64,000 bases of DNA, taken from positions 64,001 to 128,000 of the forward strand of contig JAWOEX010000032.1 of the NCBI GenBank assembly GCA_046482545.1. The letters are read 5' to 3'. This stretch comes from Candidatus Thorarchaeota archaeon. GTDB lineage: Archaea > Asgardarchaeota > Thorarchaeia > Thorarchaeales > Thorarchaeaceae. How positions within the stretch are numbered: the first letter of the stretch is position 1; each line of letters begins with the position of its first letter. The notes under the pieces were generated by a model, which did not search any database, had not been told where the DNA came from, and saw nothing but the letters and a program-made list of their open reading frames with translations. Shown piece by piece: positions 59,385-64,000 of this stretch. The translations under genes were made by a program, and so were the position numbers.

Positions 59385-59738
59385 TTATTCTGCGTTTATC
59401 AATTCCTCCAATTTCGCTACCCACTCATCCACGTCGCCCACTTGAAAAATGGCGTCTTCATAACTACCGTTTTCTTCAAAGCTGACTTGTAGCTGTTTTC
59501 TAACCATACCTTTTGTGCTAACTTTCCTAATTTGGTCAAGATGTATGTCTACTGCAGGAATAGTCTTTTTGGCGAAAAAGAACAGAATAGAGGTCTCTCG
59601 CCCAAAGAGGAATCTTTGGTTGGTTAAGATAAGTCGGCCTCCCTGCTTAACGTTTCCTCCATGCAATACATGCTTTGCCGAGTCTTCTTTGATTATTTCT
59701 TCATTGGTCCCTAAATTTGGAAATTCATTTTTTGCCAT
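59385..59738 (-). CDS. Small PH-fold (GRAM/bPH-like) domain protein
   Basis: EEII.....A...GGRLILTNQRFLF...I.L..I..V...F.V.....W...L pattern. Confidence 0.7.
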   Translation of the reverse strand: MAKNEFPNLGTNEEIIKEDSAKHVLHGGNVKQGGRLILTNQRFLFGRETSILFFFAKKTIPAVDIHLDQIRKVSTKGMVRKQLQVSFEENGSYEDAIFQVGDVDEWVAKLEELINAE

Positions 59739-60879
59739 TTCCTATATTTCTCCTTGCTTTTCAACTGAATTGATATTCCCGTGAGGGTAACAGCTTTGCA
59801 ACTTCGCATGCTGTTCCCCTGTAAGATACGGTCATTGATTAGCTTTCATATCAATCATTAAATATGTGATTGTGCTATTATATATGAATATATAGTGTTT
59901 CAATATTCCTCAAGCGGATATTGTTGTTTTACAATCGAGATTATACTGGGTCTTGGTTGGTTTTGTCACATCTTTTAGCAGAGTCAGTACTAACCAGATA
60001 CAGGAGAAATCTCTCAGGATGTAAGTCCACGGAGACGGCAAAACTTGGTGCTGCTATTGAATATAGAGATACAGCCGTCTGGTATCGAAGATTGATTTTG
60101 CGATGGAACAAACACCTGATAGAATCGTGTCTGAATCAGATTTTCCCGTCAATCAGACACAGGTCTTGATAGATCTTCCGGCATCATGATTCCGTTCGCC
60201 ACAGTGCAACTTTTCTCAGAGGAAATGTCAGATATTAAGAAGTGGGTACCTGTGATTATCTTTGGACTGCAATCTTATGGTCTTGGTGTCATCCTAGTTT
60301 GCATCTCTCCCACATTACCGTTTTTCACATCAAAATCCTTACTGGTAGGATTTGGATTCAAAAGCAACGAAAATCCTATGGACTCGTAATTAATCTAGGT
60401 ATTGACGTGAAAGATTTCACACACCAAACTGCTCAGAAGAAATGGAATAAACCGTTCCAATAGGTTTTATGTTATCCTTAGTAGAGAAGCGCTCACCTGG
60501 GTTAAGAGGTAAGAGATTTTGGAAGTCCGAACGGATTCTCCCAGTGTTCAGTTTTGGCCTAATCTAATGCAAAGCCAATCTCGTAGGAATACCTTACTGT
60601 GATATTCATATTTGGTGCGTTCTTTGTAACCGTTGCCTAATTGCATACCCCCTCTTATATTTGCACTAATGGGTCTCATACGGTAGAAAAGACCGTCATC
60701 GTCCCGGGAATTTGCCGATCATATACGTTAATCTAGTGATGGTTTCAACAACTATGTGTTTACTATATCGATATAATCATATAGGTGAAGTAATGCGAAC
60801 GCGCAAAGGATATATCAGCAGCAAGTCCGTGACCGTTGATATCTGACATACCTAAGCTGTTGATGTTGGAGACGCTAAA

Positions 60880-63663
60880 ATGGAGAAGAATCATTGGTAT
60901 AGTAAAGATGTTGAATCCGTTATCGATGAACTTGACACCTCCCATGAAGGGCTGACTTCCGAAGAGGCAGAAAAAAGAGTTCAGAAATATGGCTACAATG
61001 AGCTCGTAGAAACTGAAAAAATATCTCCACTACAAATGTTTCTAGGCCAATTCGCAGACCCCATGGTCATAATTCTGCTCATAGCAATTGCAATATCCCT
61101 TGTGGTTGCTCTGGCCCCGGGTTCTCATGAAGAGGGAGGACTTGTTGATGCGATTATGATTTCAATTATTGTCATCTTCAATTCGATTTTTGGTTTCGCT
61201 CAGGAGTATCGGTCAGAAAAGGCTCTTGAAGCTCTCAAAGATATGGCTGCGCCACACGCCATGGTCCTTCGTGAAGGCCTTTGGAAAGAGATAGACTCTC
61301 GTGAAGTTGTCCCTGGAGATATTATTAGTTTGGATCCTGGTGACATAGTCCCCGCTGACGCCCGTGTCAGTAATGCTGTTGGACTATCTGTGGATGAAGC
61401 TGTCCTTACCGGTGAATCAGTACCGGTCAGGAAGGTAAGTGAACCACTTGATTTGGAGAATCCGGCGGTTGGGGATATTACCAATTCAGTCTTTCAAGGT
61501 ACTACTATCGCTGGAGGGAAAGGTAGAGCGATCGTCACTGAAACCGGAATGGATACACGATTCGGAGAGATTGCCGGGCTCGTCCAAGAAAGTGAGAAAG
61601 AAATGACTCCACTCCAGCATGACCTAGATGATCTTGGTAAGAAACTGGGCGCTGTCATTACTATTCTTTGTGTCGTTATCTTTGTTGCAGAAGTGTTTCA
61701 AGGTATGGAGAATATTATGGAAGCGCTATTCGCCGCCATTGCTTTGGCCGTATCTGCGATTCCAGAAGGTCTTCCAGCAGTTGTTACCATTACATTAGCA
61801 ATTGGTGTGCAACGAATGGTAGATAAGAATGCAATTGTACGGAGACTACCCTCAGTTGAGACCCTGGGTTCGACTACAGTAATCTGCTCTGATAAGACTG
61901 GTACCATTACCAAGAACGAAATGACGGTTCAGCATCTTTACACAAATGGTTCTCGAATAAGAGTAACAGGGGTCGGGTATGATGACGAAGGAGACTTCTA
62001 TCGGGATGACCAAAAAATAGACCCCCTCAATAATCCCCATCTAAGGAAATTGCTGCTTATTGGTCAGCTCTGCTCGAATGCAGTTCTGCAGCCTGATCCA
62101 TCCGGAGCTGCCAAGTGGTCTGTTGTTGGAGACCCTACTGAGGGTGCTTTGCTTGTTGCGGCTGAAAAGGCCGGATTGAAATATGACGAAACGTGGGAGA
62201 AGTATGATGAGATAACTGAGATATCCTTCAATTCTGCACGAAAAAGAATGACCGCTGTATTCAGAGATGAGAACGGCGATGTAGCAGCATATACAAAGGG
62301 TGCAGCAGAAATCGTCCTATCTTTTTGCACACATATTTTGGAGGATGGTGAAGTTAAACCACTCAGTGATGCAAAGCGTGATGAGTTACTCGCGGTAAAC
62401 GCCGATCTTGCCAGTAAAGCTCTCCGTGTGCTAGGTATGGCATATCGCCCTATTGAGGAGGAGATTCCAGATTGGGAAGCAGAAAACGTCGAGAAGAATG
62501 CAATATTTGTTGGATTGTCTGCAATGATTGATCCTCCCCGCGATGAAGTGACTGATGCCATCAACCTGTGTAAATCTGCCGGTATCCGACCCATCATGAT
62601 TACCGGGGACCATGAGTTAACTGCTCGTGCAATTGCTATGGATGTGGGCTTAATCTCAGGTGAAGCCAACGTTGTAACAGGTTCAGAAATTGAAGAGATG
62701 ACAGAGAAGGAGTTCTCCGAATGCGTTCGTAATACGAATGTATTTGCGAGAGTTTCTCCCGGGCACAAGCTCAGTATTGTTAAGGCACTAAAGAACCAAG
62801 ACCAAGTTGTTGCTATGACGGGCGACGGTGTAAACGATGCTCCAGCTGTTAAGGCGGCGGATGTAGGAGTATCTATGGGTATTCGTGGTGCGGATGTCAC
62901 CCGTGAATCGTCCGATGTCATTCTCACAGATGATAATTTTGCTACAATAGTTACTGCAGTAGAGAAGGGGCGTGAAATCTATGCGAATATCCGAAAGTTC
63001 GTAAGATTCTTACTGGTAGCCAACTTCAGCGAGATTTATCTTGTGTTCACCATGATTATGATTGGGCTCCCCCTCCCAATCACTGCAATACAAATCCTCT
63101 GGATTAACCTTGCTACTGATGGTTTTCCTGCCCTAGCACTAGGAGTTGATCCTCCCGAAGGCGATTTGATGGAACGCGAACCGCGTAAACCGGGCTCAAA
63201 GATGATGGACAAGGGACTAGCAGTATTCGTGTTGATCGGAGGATTTATTCAATTCCTAGCATCTTCAATGGTGTTTATGTGGCTGTTGACTGTCTATGGG
63301 GGATGGATTCCAGGCGTAACGGGTCCGTTGGTTAACTGGGCTGCTGCTCCTTGGGATTATGCTCTTTCACATGCACGCACTGCAGTATTTGCAGGTATTG
63401 TTACATACGAGCTGCTACTTGTTTGGAATTGCAGAACCGAACACCACCCAGTGTGGGAGACCGATATCACTAACTCAAAAGCATTGATTGCTGCTGTGCT
63501 GCTTTCGGTTGTCCTAACTCTGGTTACACTCTATGTGCCTGTCATGAATGACTTGTTTGAGACAGTACCACTCACTCCATTTGAATGGCTAGTGGTTATC
63601 CTATCATGTCTGCCAGCTCTGCTGCTTCCTCCCCACAAGATATTTGGATATTTCAGGGACTAG
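60880..63663 (+). CDS. P-type ATPase, type IIA (Ca2+-transporting-like)
   Basis: TGES, IPEGL, DKTGT, KGA, DPPR, TGD, GDGVNDAP, QILWINLATDG. Confidence 0.95.
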   Translation: MEKNHWYSKDVESVIDELDTSHEGLTSEEAEKRVQKYGYNELVETEKISPLQMFLGQFADPMVIILLIAIAISLVVALAPGSHEEGGLVDAIMISIIVIFNSIFGFAQEYRSEKALEALKDMAAPHAMVLREGLWKEIDSREVVPGDIISLDPGDIVPADARVSNAVGLSVDEAVLTGESVPVRKVSEPLDLENPAVGDITNSVFQGTTIAGGKGRAIVTETGMDTRFGEIAGLVQESEKEMTPLQHDLDDLGKKLGAVITILCVVIFVAEVFQGMENIMEALFAAIALAVSAIPEGLPAVVTITLAIGVQRMVDKNAIVRRLPSVETLGSTTVICSDKTGTITKNEMTVQHLYTNGSRIRVTGVGYDDEGDFYRDDQKIDPLNNPHLRKLLLIGQLCSNAVLQPDPSGAAKWSVVGDPTEGALLVAAEKAGLKYDETWEKYDEITEISFNSARKRMTAVFRDENGDVAAYTKGAAEIVLSFCTHILEDGEVKPLSDAKRDELLAVNADLASKALRVLGMAYRPIEEEIPDWEAENVEKNAIFVGLSAMIDPPRDEVTDAINLCKSAGIRPIMITGDHELTARAIAMDVGLISGEANVVTGSEIEEMTEKEFSECVRNTNVFARVSPGHKLSIVKALKNQDQVVAMTGDGVNDAPAVKAADVGVSMGIRGADVTRESSDVILTDDNFATIVTAVEKGREIYANIRKFVRFLLVANFSEIYLVFTMIMIGLPLPITAIQILWINLATDGFPALALGVDPPEGDLMEREPRKPGSKMMDKGLAVFVLIGGFIQFLASSMVFMWLLTVYGGWIPGVTGPLVNWAAAPWDYALSHARTAVFAGIVTYELLLVWNCRTEHHPVWETDITNSKALIAAVLLSVVLTLVTLYVPVMNDLFETVPLTPFEWLVVILSCLPALLLPPHKIFGYFRD

Positions 63664-63672
63664 AGTCAGAGG

Positions 63673-63700
63673 ACTAGGTTGGAAATTTTTCCAACCTAGT
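63673..63700 (+). terminator. Hairpin downstream of the P-type ATPase
   Basis: ACTAGGTTGGAAA-TT-TTTCCAACCTAGT, a 13-bp perfect inverted repeat about 10 nt after the stop. Confidence 0.65.
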
Positions 63701-64000
63701 TCCATTCTATTTTGAAAAGCCCTGCTTAGGAAAATATCCACGTTGTCGGAAAAGTACTTGAAGAAAGGATAGAGAATGATTCTTTGTCTTCACGAGAGAG
63801 CTACAATTCCGGTACAAAGAACGGGAGTCTCTAGCTTGTACCTCTAAACTAGATATGGAAATAGTTGCTGCAAATTTGATTTTACAAATTGTGCTAAGGA
63901 CCTAGAAGATTGTATAACTTACAAAATCACAAATGAATCAGCATGGCAAAGCCAAAACTTCTGTGAGACTTCGCAGTAACTCCTAGGTACAGACTAAGCA

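Noticed and set aside
59800-60870. ORFs 59921-60169, 60186-60389 and 60242-60463 as genes or an RNA element
   Set aside because: Short, motif-less and mutually overlapping. Possibly a decayed membrane-protein gene, but not supportable.
1-64000. tRNA, rRNA, CRISPR arrays, integrase or viral hallmark genes
   Set aside because: None recognised by eye in the intergenic gaps or ORFs. A covariance-model scan (tRNAscan-SE, Infernal/Rfam) would be needed to exclude small RNAs.

Overview
Gene-dense archaeal chromosomal window, most likely an Asgard archaeon (Thorarchaeia-like). This is an inference from a Rab-like GTPase fusion, a longin/roadblock-like protein, a form IV RuBisCO-like protein, archaeal isoprenoid genes and TATA-like promoters. 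Most of the window is heterotrophic metabolism: lipoate ligases, isopentenyl phosphate kinase, a prenol-type kinase, fhs-folD-FTCD, a RuBisCO-like protein with an FGGY kinase, IorAB, 2-oxoacid/acetoin dehydrogenase E1a/E1b/E2, CobO with an acyl-CoA mutase carrying isobutyryl-CoA mutase signature residues, FprA, ABC transporters and a Ca2+-type P-ATPase. Standout observations: (1) a 767-aa protein joining a seven-repeat FG-GAP/BBS2-like beta-propeller, an Ig/appendage-like domain, an acidic linker and an intact Rab-like GTPase, i.e. a coat-like module fused to its own switch; (2) an uncharacterised secreted protein + surface domain + multi-TM module present twice, as three genes at 4.7-6.3 kb and as a fusion plus truncated gene at 34.8-36.1 kb; (3) the first copy sits between an intact ipk and a decayed ipk 5' fragment that is cut exactly at an IS-like end, and that end recurs at 46.7 kb; (4) three tandem, closely spaced TrmB-like paralogues; (5) a Hef-like SF2 helicase with degenerate ATPase motifs; (6) a 1700-bp tandem duplication of surface metallophosphoesterases with patchy identity. 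No rRNA, tRNA or CRISPR array was recognised. All family calls come from motif recognition by eye; no searches were run.
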